From contig JAKLJW010000008.1 in the NCBI GenBank assembly GCA_023150935.1, positions 1,721-65,720 of the forward strand: a stretch of DNA of 64,000 bases, read 5' to 3'. The stretch's first letter is position 1; each line of letters begins with the position of its first letter. Made by a program: the position numbers and the translations under genes. Source of the DNA: Candidatus Binatia bacterium. GTDB lineage: Bacteria; Desulfobacterota; Binatia; HRBIN30. Below, one piece after another: positions 40,212 to 50,933 of the stretch. The notes below the pieces were generated by a model. It was not told where the DNA came from. It did not search any database and saw only the letters and a list, made by a program, of their open reading frames with translations.

Positions 40212-42044
40212 ATGACTCGAACGAATGACTCGCCGGCCGCGGGCGTCACCTGGGACCTCGGCGATCTTTACGCCGGCCCCGCCGACCCGCGCCTCGCCGC
40301 CGATCTCGACGCGGCCATGGCCGCCGCACAGCAGTTCGCCGGCGACTTCCGGGGCCGCATCGGAACGACACCCGGGCCGGCACCCGCCGTGGTCCTCGAA
40401 GCCGTAACCCGCCTCGAAGCGATCCTGGAGCAGGTCGGCCGGGCGGTCGTCTTTGCCGATCTGTTGCACGCGGCCGACGCCACCGTCGCGGAGCACGGCG
40501 CCCTGGTTGCCCACACCCAGGACCTGGCGTCGGCGATCAGGCGGGAGCTGATCTTCTTCGAGCTCGAGTGGATCGCCCTCGAAGATGACGCGGCCAGGCG
40601 AATAATCGAGGCCCCCGAGTGCGCGCGCTACCGCCATTTCCTGGCGAGCCTGCGCCGCTACCGGCCGCACGTGCTGTCCGAACCGGAGGAGCGGGTCCTC
40701 GAACTCAAGGCCAACACGGGGGCACGGGCGTTCGCCCGGCTTTTCGACGAGCTGGTCGCCGAGCTGTCGTTCGAGGTAACCGTCGACGGCGAGTCGAAGG
40801 CGCTCAACGAGAGCGAGACGCTCGCCCTGCTTTACGACGAGCGCCGGGAGGTGCGGCGAGCGGCAGCGGCGGCCCTGACCGCGGGACTGCAAGACAACCA
40901 GCTCGTCATCGGATTCGTCTTCAACACGCTGGTGCACGACCACGCCGGTGACGATCGCTTGCGGCGTTTTACGACGCCGATGTCCGCCCGTCACCTCGCG
41001 AACGAGATCGACGCCGGGACGGTGGAGGCGTTGATGAACGCCTGCGAAGCGCGGCACGACATTGTCCACCGGTACTACGCCCTCAAGCGCCGCCTGCTCG
41101 GGCTCGACGAGCTTCTGGACTACGATCGCTACGCGCCGGTGGCGGCGGATAACGCGGCGGTACCGTGGCAACGCTGCCGCGAGATCGTGCTCGACGCCTA
41201 CGGCGGCTTCGCGCCGCGTATGCGCGAGCTGGCGACGTGGTTCTTCGAGCGCCGCTGGATAGATGCCGAGGTCAGGAACGGCAAACGCGGCGGCGCCTTC
41301 AGTGCCTCCACCGTAACCAGCGCGCATCCCTACGTGCTGGTCAACTACACCGGCACGCGCCACGACGTGCTCACGGTGGCGCACGAGCTGGGTCACGGCG
41401 TCCACCAGTATCTTTCGCAACCGCGCGGCTACCTGCAGGCCGATACTCCCCTGACGCTCGCCGAGACCGCCAGTGTCTTCGGCGAAATGCTGGTCTTCGA
41501 GCACCTCCTCGGCGGCGAAACGGACCGGGCCGCGCAACTCGGCCTGCTCTGCGGCAAGATCGAGGACGCGATCGCGACCGTCTTCCGGCAGGTCGCGCTG
41601 ACCCGCTTCGAGGAACGGCTGCACGCCGCGCGGCGGGCCGAGGGCGAGCTTGCGCGCAACCGCATCTGTACGCTCTGGCAGGACACCAACGCCGCGCTCT
41701 ACGGCACGTCGGTGCGGCTGACCGAGGATTACCGCTGGTGGTGGGCTTACATCTCGCACTTCGTTCACACGCCCTTCTATTGTTACGCGTACGGGTTCGG
41801 CGAGCTTCTGGTCCTCGCACTGTACGAGTTGTACCGCCGCGAGGGCTCGTCGTTCGTGCCGCGGTATCTCGACTTGCTGGCGGCCGGCGGTTCGGCGCCA
41901 CCGGACGCCCTCCTGCGGCCGTTCGGACTGGACATCCGCGATCCGGGTTTCTGGAACATGGGGCTGGAACCGCTGGCGGCCATGGTGACCCGCGTCGAGG
42001 AACTGATCGACGCCTCGGGAGCCGCATTGGTGACCTCGCCTTGA
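40212..42044 (+). CDS. pepF: Oligoendopeptidase F (M3B family)
   Basis: HELGHGVH zinc-binding motif and overall M3B length and layout. Confidence 0.85.
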   Translation: MTRTNDSPAAGVTWDLGDLYAGPADPRLAADLDAAMAAAQQFAGDFRGRIGTTPGPAPAVVLEAVTRLEAILEQVGRAVVFADLLHAADATVAEHGALVAHTQDLASAIRRELIFFELEWIALEDDAARRIIEAPECARYRHFLASLRRYRPHVLSEPEERVLELKANTGARAFARLFDELVAELSFEVTVDGESKALNESETLALLYDERREVRRAAAAALTAGLQDNQLVIGFVFNTLVHDHAGDDRLRRFTTPMSARHLANEIDAGTVEALMNACEARHDIVHRYYALKRRLLGLDELLDYDRYAPVAADNAAVPWQRCREIVLDAYGGFAPRMRELATWFFERRWIDAEVRNGKRGGAFSASTVTSAHPYVLVNYTGTRHDVLTVAHELGHGVHQYLSQPRGYLQADTPLTLAETASVFGEMLVFEHLLGGETDRAAQLGLLCGKIEDAIATVFRQVALTRFEERLHAARRAEGELARNRICTLWQDTNAALYGTSVRLTEDYRWWWAYISHFVHTPFYCYAYGFGELLVLALYELYRREGSSFVPRYLDLLAAGGSAPPDALLRPFGLDIRDPGFWNMGLEPLAAMVTRVEELIDASGAALVTSP

Positions 42045-42094
42045 CCCCGTTGGGGCACGGTGTTAGCGGAGCGACCGCGCCGAGAATCACGCGC

Positions 42095-42766
42095 ATGCGT
42101 CTTCCCCAACCTTTTACTTCCGTGCTGCCCGTTCTGGTCGCTTCGACCATGGCCGGGTGCAGCCTTGTCGGTTGGAGGCATCCCGAGGCCCTACCGACGG
42201 TAACCCTCCGGGCGTCGACTGTGACGGCTCTGAGCGAGGGCGAGATCGCGGCCACCATCGTGCTGACGGTGCGCAACCCCGATTCGAACCCTGTACGGGT
42301 CGGGCGCGTTCGTTACCGGCTCACCTTCCCCGGAGGCGCCGAGGCCGGGGGCGCGGTAATCGTGAACGCGACCGTACCCGGCGGCGACGGCCATCTCGAT
42401 ATCGAGCTTCCGGTGCGTATAGCGAAGCGCCGTCTCCTGCCGGGGGCGGCGCCGATGCTGCTTTTGGGCGAGTTGCCGTACGACCTCGACGTCGGCGTGA
42501 GCATCGGAGCGCCGCTATTCGGCCACACCATCGACGTGCAGACATCCAGCGCGCTGCGGCTCGATCTGCCTCTGGAGCTGGTGCGACCCGGTCCCGGGCG
42601 GGACCCGGCCGGGGCCACGGCAAAGTCGTTCACCGAGGGGCGAACGGTTTTCAGGCATTACGGAACCCGGAATCCGTTCGGGCCGAGTAGCCGCCTTCTT
42701 CTGGCGGCGTATCGAGGCTCCGTCCCCGACTATGCCGTGGCCCTGGGGACTCGGCCCCCGGTTTGA
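42095..42766 (+). CDS. Lipoprotein with LEA14/WHy-like (water-stress / NDR1-HIN1-type) domain
   Basis: Lipobox MAGCS. A tandem beta-rich domain resembles the LEA_2 family. Confidence 0.45.
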   Translation: MRLPQPFTSVLPVLVASTMAGCSLVGWRHPEALPTVTLRASTVTALSEGEIAATIVLTVRNPDSNPVRVGRVRYRLTFPGGAEAGGAVIVNATVPGGDGHLDIELPVRIAKRRLLPGAAPMLLLGELPYDLDVGVSIGAPLFGHTIDVQTSSALRLDLPLELVRPGPGRDPAGATAKSFTEGRTVFRHYGTRNPFGPSSRLLLAAYRGSVPDYAVALGTRPPV

Positions 42767-42872
42767 ATTCGCCTCCGGCGGCTGGCAAACGAGGTAGAGG
42801 TTGCCGGTGCCGCGGCACCGGATGCCGGCCGCTGCCGATACGATCATCCCCGCAAAGGAGACACCGAACACC

Positions 42873-44522
42873 ATGGCCTTTACGCTTGCCGACATCAACG
42901 AAGCACTGGCCGGAGCCTTTCCGGAACGCGAATGTCTCGTCTTCGGTAAGCGCCGCGACTCGTGGCGGGAACTGAACTTGCGCACGCGGCGGCTCGCCAA
43001 CTTCCTCGTCAGTCAGGGGCTCGGCTGCCATCGCGAACGCGACCAATTGCAGAACTACGAGTCCGGCCAGGACCACCTCGGCATCTACCTGTACAACGGC
43101 AACGAGTATCTCGAATCCATGATCGGCGCGTTCAAGGCTCGCGTCGCCCCCTTCAACGTCAACTACCGCTACGTCGCCGACGAACTGATCTATTTGCTCA
43201 ACGACGCCGACTGCCGAGCGCTGGTCTACCACGCACGGTTCGCGCCGGTTCTGGAACAAATCCGGGCCGAGTTGCCGCATCTCCGATCGCTCATCCAGGT
43301 GGAAGACGAGTCGGGCAATCCTCTCCTCCCGGGCGCGGTCGATTACGAGGCCGCCCTGCGGCAGTCATCGGACGCGCGGCCGGCCCTGCTATGGTCCCCC
43401 GACGATCTCTACATCCTGTACACCGGCGGGACGACGGGCATGCCCAAGGGCGTGCTGTGGCGGCAGGAGGACATCTTCTTCGGCGCACTCGGCGGGCATC
43501 CACCGGGGGCTCCAAAGCACGAAACGATGGACACCGTGCTGGCCGCCGCGGGCAGCGGTTCGCTGCGCGCGCTCCCGGCCCCCCCGTTCATGCACGGCGC
43601 CTCGCACTGGATGGCCTTCAATTGCCTGCATCAGGGCGGGACCGTGATCATCCAGGACAAGCCGGGCCACCTTGACGCCCACGACATATGGGCGACCATC
43701 GAACGCGAGAAGGTGACGTTTCTGACCATCGTCGGGGACGCCTTCGGTCGCCCTCTCATCGATCAACTGGCCAAGCACGACTACGACCTGTCGTCGCTGG
43801 CGGTAATCCTGTCCGGCGGCGCGATTCTCACCCCCGCCCTCAAACAGGCGTTCCTCGAACGCATCCCGCAGATAATGATCATCGACGGCTTCGGCGCCTC
43901 CGAGACCGGCGGACACGGCACCCAGATCACCATGGCCGGAATGAAGCCGACTACCGGGTCGTTCCAGATGAACGAACAAACCACCGTACTCACGCACGAC
44001 CTGAGCGGGCGCCTGACCTCGGGCAGCGAAGAGTCGGGGTGGCTCGCGCGAAGCGGCCACGTCCCCCTCGGATATTTCAAGGACGCCGAGAAGACCGCCA
44101 GGACGTTCCCGGTGATCGGCGCCACGCGATACGCCGTTCCCGGCGACCACGCCACCATCGCCGCCGACGGCACCATCGTCGTGCTGGGGCGCGGTTCGGT
44201 GAGCATCAATTCCGGCGGCGAGAAGATCTATCCCGAGGAGGTCGAAAAGGCCCTCAAGCATCACCCGTCGGTGTACGACGCCGTGGTCGTCGGCACCCCT
44301 AACGAGCGCTTCGGCCAACAGGTAACCGCCGTCGTTCAGGCCCGTGCCGGGGAAGAACCTACCGAGCAAGAGTTGGTGGACTTCTGCGGCCGACACCTGG
44401 CGCGCTACAAGCTGCCGCGGGCGGTGGTCTTCGTCGACGAAATGGTGCGGAGTCCGTCGGGGAAAGCCGACTACCGCTGGGCGAAGGCGACGGCCCTGAA
44501 GCACCTCGGCATCGAAACCTGA
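42873..44522 (+). CDS. Acyl-CoA synthetase (AMP-binding / ANL superfamily)
   Basis: AAGGAG lies 12 nt upstream of ATG 42873. YTGGTTGMPKG AMP-binding motif and C-terminal …GKADYRW. Confidence 0.8.
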   Translation: MAFTLADINEALAGAFPERECLVFGKRRDSWRELNLRTRRLANFLVSQGLGCHRERDQLQNYESGQDHLGIYLYNGNEYLESMIGAFKARVAPFNVNYRYVADELIYLLNDADCRALVYHARFAPVLEQIRAELPHLRSLIQVEDESGNPLLPGAVDYEAALRQSSDARPALLWSPDDLYILYTGGTTGMPKGVLWRQEDIFFGALGGHPPGAPKHETMDTVLAAAGSGSLRALPAPPFMHGASHWMAFNCLHQGGTVIIQDKPGHLDAHDIWATIEREKVTFLTIVGDAFGRPLIDQLAKHDYDLSSLAVILSGGAILTPALKQAFLERIPQIMIIDGFGASETGGHGTQITMAGMKPTTGSFQMNEQTTVLTHDLSGRLTSGSEESGWLARSGHVPLGYFKDAEKTARTFPVIGATRYAVPGDHATIAADGTIVVLGRGSVSINSGGEKIYPEEVEKALKHHPSVYDAVVVGTPNERFGQQVTAVVQARAGEEPTEQELVDFCGRHLARYKLPRAVVFVDEMVRSPSGKADYRWAKATALKHLGIET

Positions 44523-44530
44523 CGGCCGGG

Positions 44531-44550
44531 CCCCCCGGCGGGGGGTTTGT
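44531..44550 (+). terminator. Rho-independent terminator (cccccc-ggc-gggggg followed by TTT)
   Basis: Read directly from the sequence, 9 nt after the acyl-CoA synthetase stop. Confidence 0.6.
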
Positions 44551-44667
44551 GCTTGCCGAGAAAAAGCTTTCCAACCGGCTTGAGTTGGCCCACGCGGTGT
44601 GCTGTAACCGCCGCGCAGCAGCGGCACGACAGTGAGGGGCACAGCGATCTCAGGAGGTACGTGATCG

Positions 44668-45054
44668 ATGTCGAGGCTCGTTGAAGAAAAGGAAACGGCG
44701 TGGCCCGGACTCACCGCCCTGCGCACACTCACTCCGGTCTGTGGTGGCGAAACGCGCGTCGGGCAACCCACGGGGGTCAAGGCCCTGATGTTGGCCGTCC
44801 TGGAAGACGGCATCCGCAGCGTCTTGAGCCACGTGCCGCAAATTCGTGCCGAAGCCGAATACTGGGTGATGAGCAAACAGCGCCGTTCCCCGTTCTCCTT
44901 TGCGATCGTCTGCGAATCGCTTGGCCTCGACCCGAGCGCCGCGCGGCGGGCGATCCTCGATATGCGCGCCGAAGCCCGAGCGGGTAGTCAACCCGTTCGT
45001 CGCAGTCGCCCGAACGTCCACCGCCGCGGCCGCCTCAGCCCTTCGAAGAACTAG
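44668..45054 (+). CDS. Hypothetical protein (128 aa)
   Basis: GGAGG lies 8 nt upstream of ATG 44668. No recognisable family. Confidence 0.4.
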   Translation: MSRLVEEKETAWPGLTALRTLTPVCGGETRVGQPTGVKALMLAVLEDGIRSVLSHVPQIRAEAEYWVMSKQRRSPFSFAIVCESLGLDPSAARRAILDMRAEARAGSQPVRRSRPNVHRRGRLSPSKN

Positions 45055-45296
45055 CGCGGCCTCGGAGAATCCGCTGCGCCCGGTGCGGGCACCGCGGCGA
45101 GATTCGGCCGGCTTCGGACGCGAGGCAGATCGCCGCCGAGATCGGTTCTAACCCCGTTCGGGCTCACAAGGCCTGCCGACTCGAACCCCGATCGGTTCCC
45201 CGGCGAAGCGCCCGCGCCACCGTTTATCGAAAGTCGCCTCCGCGCAGCCGGCGGACAACCTCGCCGTCCCGCGCAACGATCTCCGCCCACCGCGGT

Positions 45297-47357
45297 TCAG
45301 AGGCCGAGCAGTTCCCGCACCGAGCGAGCCGCGCCGGCCGCCGTAACGCCGTACTTCTCGAAGATCAGGTCGCCCGGCGCCGAACTGCCGAACCGATCCA
45401 CGCCGATGGCGCGGCCATGAGCGCCAATCCAGCGCTCCCAGCCGAGCGTGACCCCGGCCTCGATCGACACCCGGGCGGCCACGTTGCGCGGCAGGACGGT
45501 CTCCCGATACTCGGCACTCTGCGCCGCAAACAGCTCCCACGACGGCATCGACACGACGCGCACGCGGAGGCCGTCGCGCGCCAGCGCCGCGCGCGCCGCC
45601 AACGCCACCTCGACTTCGGAACCGGTGGCGATCAGGATCGCCTGCGGGGCGCCGCCTGCTGACTCGGCAATGACGTACGCACCGCGATCTAATCCACCGC
45701 CCGGGAGCGCCTCGCGACGATCGAGAACCGGCACCTTCTGCCTGGTCAATATAAGGGCCACGGGTCCATCGCGGTATGCCATCGTCCACCGCCATGCCGC
45801 CGCGGTTTCGAAGGCATCCGCCGGGCGGATGACCGTAAGGCCGGGAATTACCCGCAACGACATGAGCTGCTCAACGGGCTGGTGAGTGGGTCCGTCCTCG
45901 CCGACACCGATCGAGTCGTGTGTCCACACGTAGATGACCGGCAGCGCGTTCAACGCCGCCAGCCGCACCGGCGGGCGCATGTAATCCGAGAAGCAGAAAA
46001 ACGTCGCCGCAAACGCGCGCAGGCCGCCGTGATAGGCGATACCGTTGATCGCCGCTCCCATGACGTGTTCGCGCACGCCGAAGTGCAGGTTGCGACCCGC
46101 ACCGGTCTGCCCGTCGAACGAACCGCCATCGGCGATCGCGGTCATCGTCGAGCTGGACAGATCGGCATCGCCGCCCACCAGCCACGGCACCCGCGCGGCA
46201 ACGGCGTTCATCGCCTTGCCGGCCGCAACCCGCGTCGCCACGGCGTCGCCTACCTTCCATACCGGCAACTGGCCGTCCCAGCCGTCCGGGAGTTCTCCGC
46301 GCCCGGCGCACCGCCACTCCCGCGCAAGGTCGGGGTACGCCGCCGCCCAGCTATCGAAACGTTTCTGCCACTCCGCCTGCAACCGGGCACCGCGATCGAC
46401 CGCGCCGCGGAAGTGTGCCAGCGCCGCCTCGGGAACCAGAAACTTCTCCTCCGGATCGAAGCCGAGGTTAGTCTTGGTCAGCGCGACTTCCTCGACGCCG
46501 AGCGGGCTACCGTGCGCCTCGGACTTGCCCTGCTTGTGTGGCGCGCCGTAGCCGATCGTCGTTTCGACGATAATCAAACTCGGCCGTTCGGCGTCGGCCT
46601 CCGCGGCGGTCAGCGCGTTGTCGATCGCCGCGGTGTCGGTGTTGCCGTCGGCGACGCGCAGCACCTGCCATCCGTAGGCGGCGTAGCGCGCGGCGACGTC
46701 TTCGCGGGAAAAGGCCAGGGTGGTCGGCCCGTCGAGGGACACGTGGTTGCTGTCGTAGACGACGATCAACTTGCCCAGCCGCAGGTGGCCGGCGAGCGAG
46801 GCGGCTTCGGCGGAGACGCCTTCCATCAGGTCGCCATCGGAGGCCAGCACGTAGGTCCGATGGTCGACGATCCGATGCCCCGGTCGGTTGAAGCGATGCG
46901 CGAGCATGCGCTCGGCTATCGCCATGCCGAGGGCATTCCCGGTCCCCTGCCCCAGCGGCCCGGTCGTGGCCTCGACTCCCGGGGTCAAGAGCATCTCCGG
47001 ATGCCCGGGCGTGCGACTCTCCCACTGCCGGAAGGCGAGCAGGTCGTCCATCGACACGGCGTAGCCCGTGAGGTGAAGCAGCGCGTAGAGGAGCATCGAC
47101 CCGTGCCCGGCCGACAACACGAAACGGTCGCGGTCCGGCCACGACGGATCGGCGGGGTTATGACGCAGATGTCGCTGCCAGAGCACGTAGGCGGCGGGCG
47201 CCGCTCCGAGAGGAAGCCCGGGATGCCCCGAGCCGGCCTTCTGGATGGCGTCGATCGCCAGGGTCCGGATTGTATTGATGCACAGACGCTCGGTTTCTCT
47301 ATCGTCCCCTGCCACTTGCCCCGGCTCCGTCGTCGCGAGATGCGGGTCTCCTAGCAA
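45297..47357 (-). CDS. tkt: Transketolase
   Basis: GSGHPG thiamine-diphosphate motif, GDGDLMEG, and C-terminal transketolase domain. The exact start within the first ~30 codons is uncertain. Confidence 0.85.
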   Translation of the reverse strand: MLGDPHLATTEPGQVAGDDRETERLCINTIRTLAIDAIQKAGSGHPGLPLGAAPAAYVLWQRHLRHNPADPSWPDRDRFVLSAGHGSMLLYALLHLTGYAVSMDDLLAFRQWESRTPGHPEMLLTPGVEATTGPLGQGTGNALGMAIAERMLAHRFNRPGHRIVDHRTYVLASDGDLMEGVSAEAASLAGHLRLGKLIVVYDSNHVSLDGPTTLAFSREDVAARYAAYGWQVLRVADGNTDTAAIDNALTAAEADAERPSLIIVETTIGYGAPHKQGKSEAHGSPLGVEEVALTKTNLGFDPEEKFLVPEAALAHFRGAVDRGARLQAEWQKRFDSWAAAYPDLAREWRCAGRGELPDGWDGQLPVWKVGDAVATRVAAGKAMNAVAARVPWLVGGDADLSSSTMTAIADGGSFDGQTGAGRNLHFGVREHVMGAAINGIAYHGGLRAFAATFFCFSDYMRPPVRLAALNALPVIYVWTHDSIGVGEDGPTHQPVEQLMSLRVIPGLTVIRPADAFETAAAWRWTMAYRDGPVALILTRQKVPVLDRREALPGGGLDRGAYVIAESAGGAPQAILIATGSEVEVALAARAALARDGLRVRVVSMPSWELFAAQSAEYRETVLPRNVAARVSIEAGVTLGWERWIGAHGRAIGVDRFGSSAPGDLIFEKYGVTAAGAARSVRELLGL

Positions 47358-47400
47358 ACGGGCGGAGAGAACTGCAAATGGGGGCGCGGCTGCCTGGGGG

Positions 47401-48369
47401 TCAGCGGTCTCCTCCGGCGGGGATGGCGGTGGCTGTCTCCGACGCGTCTCGCTTCTGCGTGGCTTTGGCCACGGTCATTGCCGTACCGATCATCGAGGCA
47501 ACGTCAGCCACGTTGGCGGGCAGGATGAGGGTGTTGGTCGTCCTTGCCAGTTCGCCGAAGCGGGAGATGTACTGTTCGGCCACGCGCAACTGCACGGCCT
47601 CGAATCCGCCGGGTAGTCGGATCACGTCGGCCACAGCGCGGATGCCATCGGCCGTCGCCGTCGCCACGGCGCGGATCGCCGCCGCCGCCCCTTCGGCCTC
47701 GTTGATTTGCTGTTGCTTCTTCGCCTCCGACGCCTTGATGACCTGCTGCTTATCGCCTTCGGCGACGTTGATCGCCGCGTCGCGTTCCCCCTCTGAGGTC
47801 AGGATGGTGGCCCGCTTTTCGCGCTCGGCCCGCATCTGCTTCTCCATCGCCGCCAGCACGTCCCGCGGGGGCGTGATGTTCTTGATCTCGTAGCGCAACA
47901 CCTTGATGCCCCACGGCTCGGATGCCTTGTCGAGTTCGTTGACCACCTGGGTATTGATGTGGGAGCGCTCTTCGAACGTGCGGTCGAGCTCGATGCGGCC
48001 GACCTCGCTACGCAGCGTCGTCTGCGCAAGCTGGGAAATGGCGAACAGGTAGTCGGCCACGCCGTAAGAAGCGCGTTCGGGGTTCAGGACCTGCAAATAC
48101 AGCACACCGTCGACGTGCACCTGCACGTTGTCGCGCGTAATGCAGACCTGTTCGGGAATATCGACGGCAGTTTCCTTGAGCCCGTGGCGATAGCGAATCA
48201 CATCCACGAACGGCACCAGGATGTGGAAGCCGGCGCCCAGCGTCTTCTGGTACCTGCCGAGACGCTCGACCACGAAGGCGCTTTGCTGCGGTACTACGAC
48301 GGCGGTCTTCGCCAGCACGACGATCACCAGCACCGCCAGGAAAACCGCGACGAACAGTGCTCCGGTCAT
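47401..48369 (-). CDS. SPFH/band-7 (stomatin/prohibitin-like, QmcA-type) membrane protein
   Basis: N-terminal TM helix, SPFH core, and C-terminal Glu/Ala-rich coiled coil. Confidence 0.8.
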   Translation of the reverse strand: MTGALFVAVFLAVLVIVVLAKTAVVVPQQSAFVVERLGRYQKTLGAGFHILVPFVDVIRYRHGLKETAVDIPEQVCITRDNVQVHVDGVLYLQVLNPERASYGVADYLFAISQLAQTTLRSEVGRIELDRTFEERSHINTQVVNELDKASEPWGIKVLRYEIKNITPPRDVLAAMEKQMRAEREKRATILTSEGERDAAINVAEGDKQQVIKASEAKKQQQINEAEGAAAAIRAVATATADGIRAVADVIRLPGGFEAVQLRVAEQYISRFGELARTTNTLILPANVADVASMIGTAMTVAKATQKRDASETATAIPAGGDR

Positions 48370-48412
48370 CCCTTGCTCCCTCCTCTCGCGTTACGCCCGC
48401 CGACAGCGCATC

Positions 48413-48847
48413 TCATTCGGCACCGACCCACAGCATCAAACCATCGACGCGCCGCACCCGGCAGCGTTGCCCGCGGTGTAGCGGCCCGGTGCCGGCATTG
48501 CGCACGGTCCACGTGGTACCGCGCAGCTCGGCTTTGCCCACCGCACCCGGATCGAGGTCGTCGGCCAGCACCGCGACCTCGCCGACGAGGGTTTCCACGC
48601 CCACCCCGTGGCCCTGCGCTCCCTGCAGTAACTGCCGCAAGCGGCTCCGTAAGAACACCAGAGAAGAAACCGACAGTGCGGAGAACCACAGGCACTGCGC
48701 CCAGAGCGGCCCGCCCGCGCCGAGGGCCACCAGCACCCCGACCGCAACGGCACCGACACCGAAGAACACCACGAAGAAGCCGCCGGGGGTGAGCAGCTCG
48801 AGGCCCATCAGAACCAGCCCGGCCAGTATCCAGATCCACCAATCCAT
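48413..48847 (-). CDS. NfeD-family membrane protein (stomatin-operon partner)
   Basis: Three TM helices followed by a C-terminal OB-fold-like region. Lies immediately upstream of the SPFH gene. Confidence 0.7.
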   Translation of the reverse strand: MDWWIWILAGLVLMGLELLTPGGFFVVFFGVGAVAVGVLVALGAGGPLWAQCLWFSALSVSSLVFLRSRLRQLLQGAQGHGVGVETLVGEVAVLADDLDPGAVGKAELRGTTWTVRNAGTGPLHRGQRCRVRRVDGLMLWVGAE

Positions 48848-48980
48848 GGGTGAGCAGGCGTCTACACCCTGCCCTGCGGCAGGTCAACGCGACCCGCCGC
48901 GCAAGCCGTCATCCGCTGCACGACGAAGGCCGCAATCGCGCCTTCGTCGGCTGTGGGGAAGGAGGCTCGGGAATCGTCGA

Positions 48981-50666
48981 TCAACGCGGCATGCGTACGG
49001 CCACTTCGCCCTCGACGTGTAACGTGCCCACGTCGACCGCGAGCCGTCCCGGTTCGTCGCGCAACGCCCACAGGTCGGCCGCCGTCGCGGTCAACCAGAA
49101 ACGCAACCGCCCCCCGCCCAGTGTCGTCCAGCGCAGGCGCACCCGGCGGCCGTCGTCGTCCTCGTAGATCGCCCGCCGCGAACCGTCGACAACCGGCGTT
49201 GCGGTGACGTGCACGACACACCCGCCCACACCCCGCAGGTCGAGGGTCAACGAGTCCCGCCGTGGATCGAGATCGGTCCCCACCGGTAATGAGATCTCGC
49301 CAACCACCGTCAGCCGGCCGATACCGGAGACGTCCGGACGCCCGACGGCGCGCGCGTCGGCCAGCCGTACCGCGACCGGCACCACCTCGAAGGCCCCCCG
49401 GTCCACGCCCCCGCCCAGCGGCCGCGCCACGCCACGCACATCGGCGGGCGGCGATCCCCTGGAGTCGGCACTGTCGATCGCCGCGCTGCCGGCGCCCGGC
49501 ACACCCGTCGTCGCCTCCAGCAACGGATCGATGGCGAAGGTGCCATCCCCCTGACCGGTCTCCTGCTGCCACCGGCCGTCGTTCACGTCGTTCCCCGAAT
49601 ACAACGCCGACCCGCCAACGCGGGTGAGCTCGATGAGTCGCTCCCTGGCCAGGGGCCTGTGGAAGATGTTGTGACTCTCGATCAGACGCACGCTGGCGTC
49701 GGCGACCAACGCCTTTGCGGGTCCGGTGACCACCGAGTTGCGCACCGTCAGCGTGTACGCCCCGCCGGTGGCGCGAATGCCGGTGTCGTTGTCGACCAGC
49801 GTACCGTTCAGAATGGTCGCCGCGGCGCCGGCACCGCCGATATTGATTCCCGTGCGCTGCCTTTCGACCACCAGGTTCTCGACCACGCCTCCGGCGGCGA
49901 GCTTCACTCCCGAGCACCCGTTGTCGCGTGCCCGGCTCGCGAGCAGCGTCACCGACGCGGTCTGCAGGTCGAAGCCGTCTTCGGAATTCCCGACTGCCTC
50001 GCAGCGTTCGAACAGGACGTCGGCCGTCGACTCGTCGGCACTGAAGCCGTCGGCATCTCCGGAGCAGCCGCCGCCGTCGTCGTTGCCGGCAGAGCGCGTG
50101 TCGGCCACGCGCACCCGCTGCGCTCCGGCGAAGATGCGCACGCCCGTGCGCGCCAGGCGCTCGATCACGCAGTCGCGCACCGTAACGTCGGTGGCGCCGG
50201 CAACCCAGATGCCGGCGTGATTGTCGTACAGGTGGAGCCCGGCCAGTTCGATCTCGCGGGCCCCGGGGCGCACGAACACCGTCTCGGCGAAGCCGGCGCG
50301 CAGCGTAAATCCCTCGATGCGCACGTGGGCCGCACCGGGAAGGACATCGAACGCCGACAGACTCGCCCCCGGGTTCGGACTTTCCAGCACGGCGCCGGGA
50401 AGGCCTCGGATGACGATCGGCACCCCCGGCGCGCCCGCCACGGCAACCGCGACCGCTTCGCGATAGACGCCGGGCAGCACAACGACATCGTCGCCCGGCA
50501 GGGCCGCGCGCACGCCCGCAGCTACGGTGCGAAACGGCGCGCGCTCACTGCCGACGTTGCCGTCGTCGCCCGTCGTCGCCACCACTCGCAGGACCGCTTG
50601 TGCCGCGGGCGGAAAGCTGGCGCCGAGCCAGACCACCGCGAGGACCATGAGCACGCGCGCCGTCAT
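48981..50666 (-). CDS. Secreted right-handed parallel beta-helix (pectate-lyase fold) repeat protein
   Basis: Signal peptide (MTARVLMVLAVVWLGA…AQA). Repeated …N.G…V. turns typical of PbH1 repeats. Confidence 0.55.
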   Translation of the reverse strand: MTARVLMVLAVVWLGASFPPAAQAVLRVVATTGDDGNVGSERAPFRTVAAGVRAALPGDDVVVLPGVYREAVAVAVAGAPGVPIVIRGLPGAVLESPNPGASLSAFDVLPGAAHVRIEGFTLRAGFAETVFVRPGAREIELAGLHLYDNHAGIWVAGATDVTVRDCVIERLARTGVRIFAGAQRVRVADTRSAGNDDGGGCSGDADGFSADESTADVLFERCEAVGNSEDGFDLQTASVTLLASRARDNGCSGVKLAAGGVVENLVVERQRTGINIGGAGAAATILNGTLVDNDTGIRATGGAYTLTVRNSVVTGPAKALVADASVRLIESHNIFHRPLARERLIELTRVGGSALYSGNDVNDGRWQQETGQGDGTFAIDPLLEATTGVPGAGSAAIDSADSRGSPPADVRGVARPLGGGVDRGAFEVVPVAVRLADARAVGRPDVSGIGRLTVVGEISLPVGTDLDPRRDSLTLDLRGVGGCVVHVTATPVVDGSRRAIYEDDDGRRVRLRWTTLGGGRLRFWLTATAADLWALRDEPGRLAVDVGTLHVEGEVAVRMPR

Positions 50667-50933
50667 CAGCGCGGGCAAGGAGCAACCGACATGCCTGTGC
50701 CGGGGACCAAGCCGACGGCTCCTCGTCCGCTTCCCGGCCCCCGCCCGCCGCACCGTCCCCGCCGATTCCGCCGCAACCGTCAAATTCGCGGCTAACTCCC
50801 GCGATTTGCGCTATGCACCCTGCCGCGGCGCCGGCTGCGACACCGCGCATGGCGAACGCGCGGCGCGAGAAAATCCTTGGGTCTCGCCGGCGGTGTTGGT
50901 AGGGTGCCGGCATCCCTACCGGAGGTACTCTCG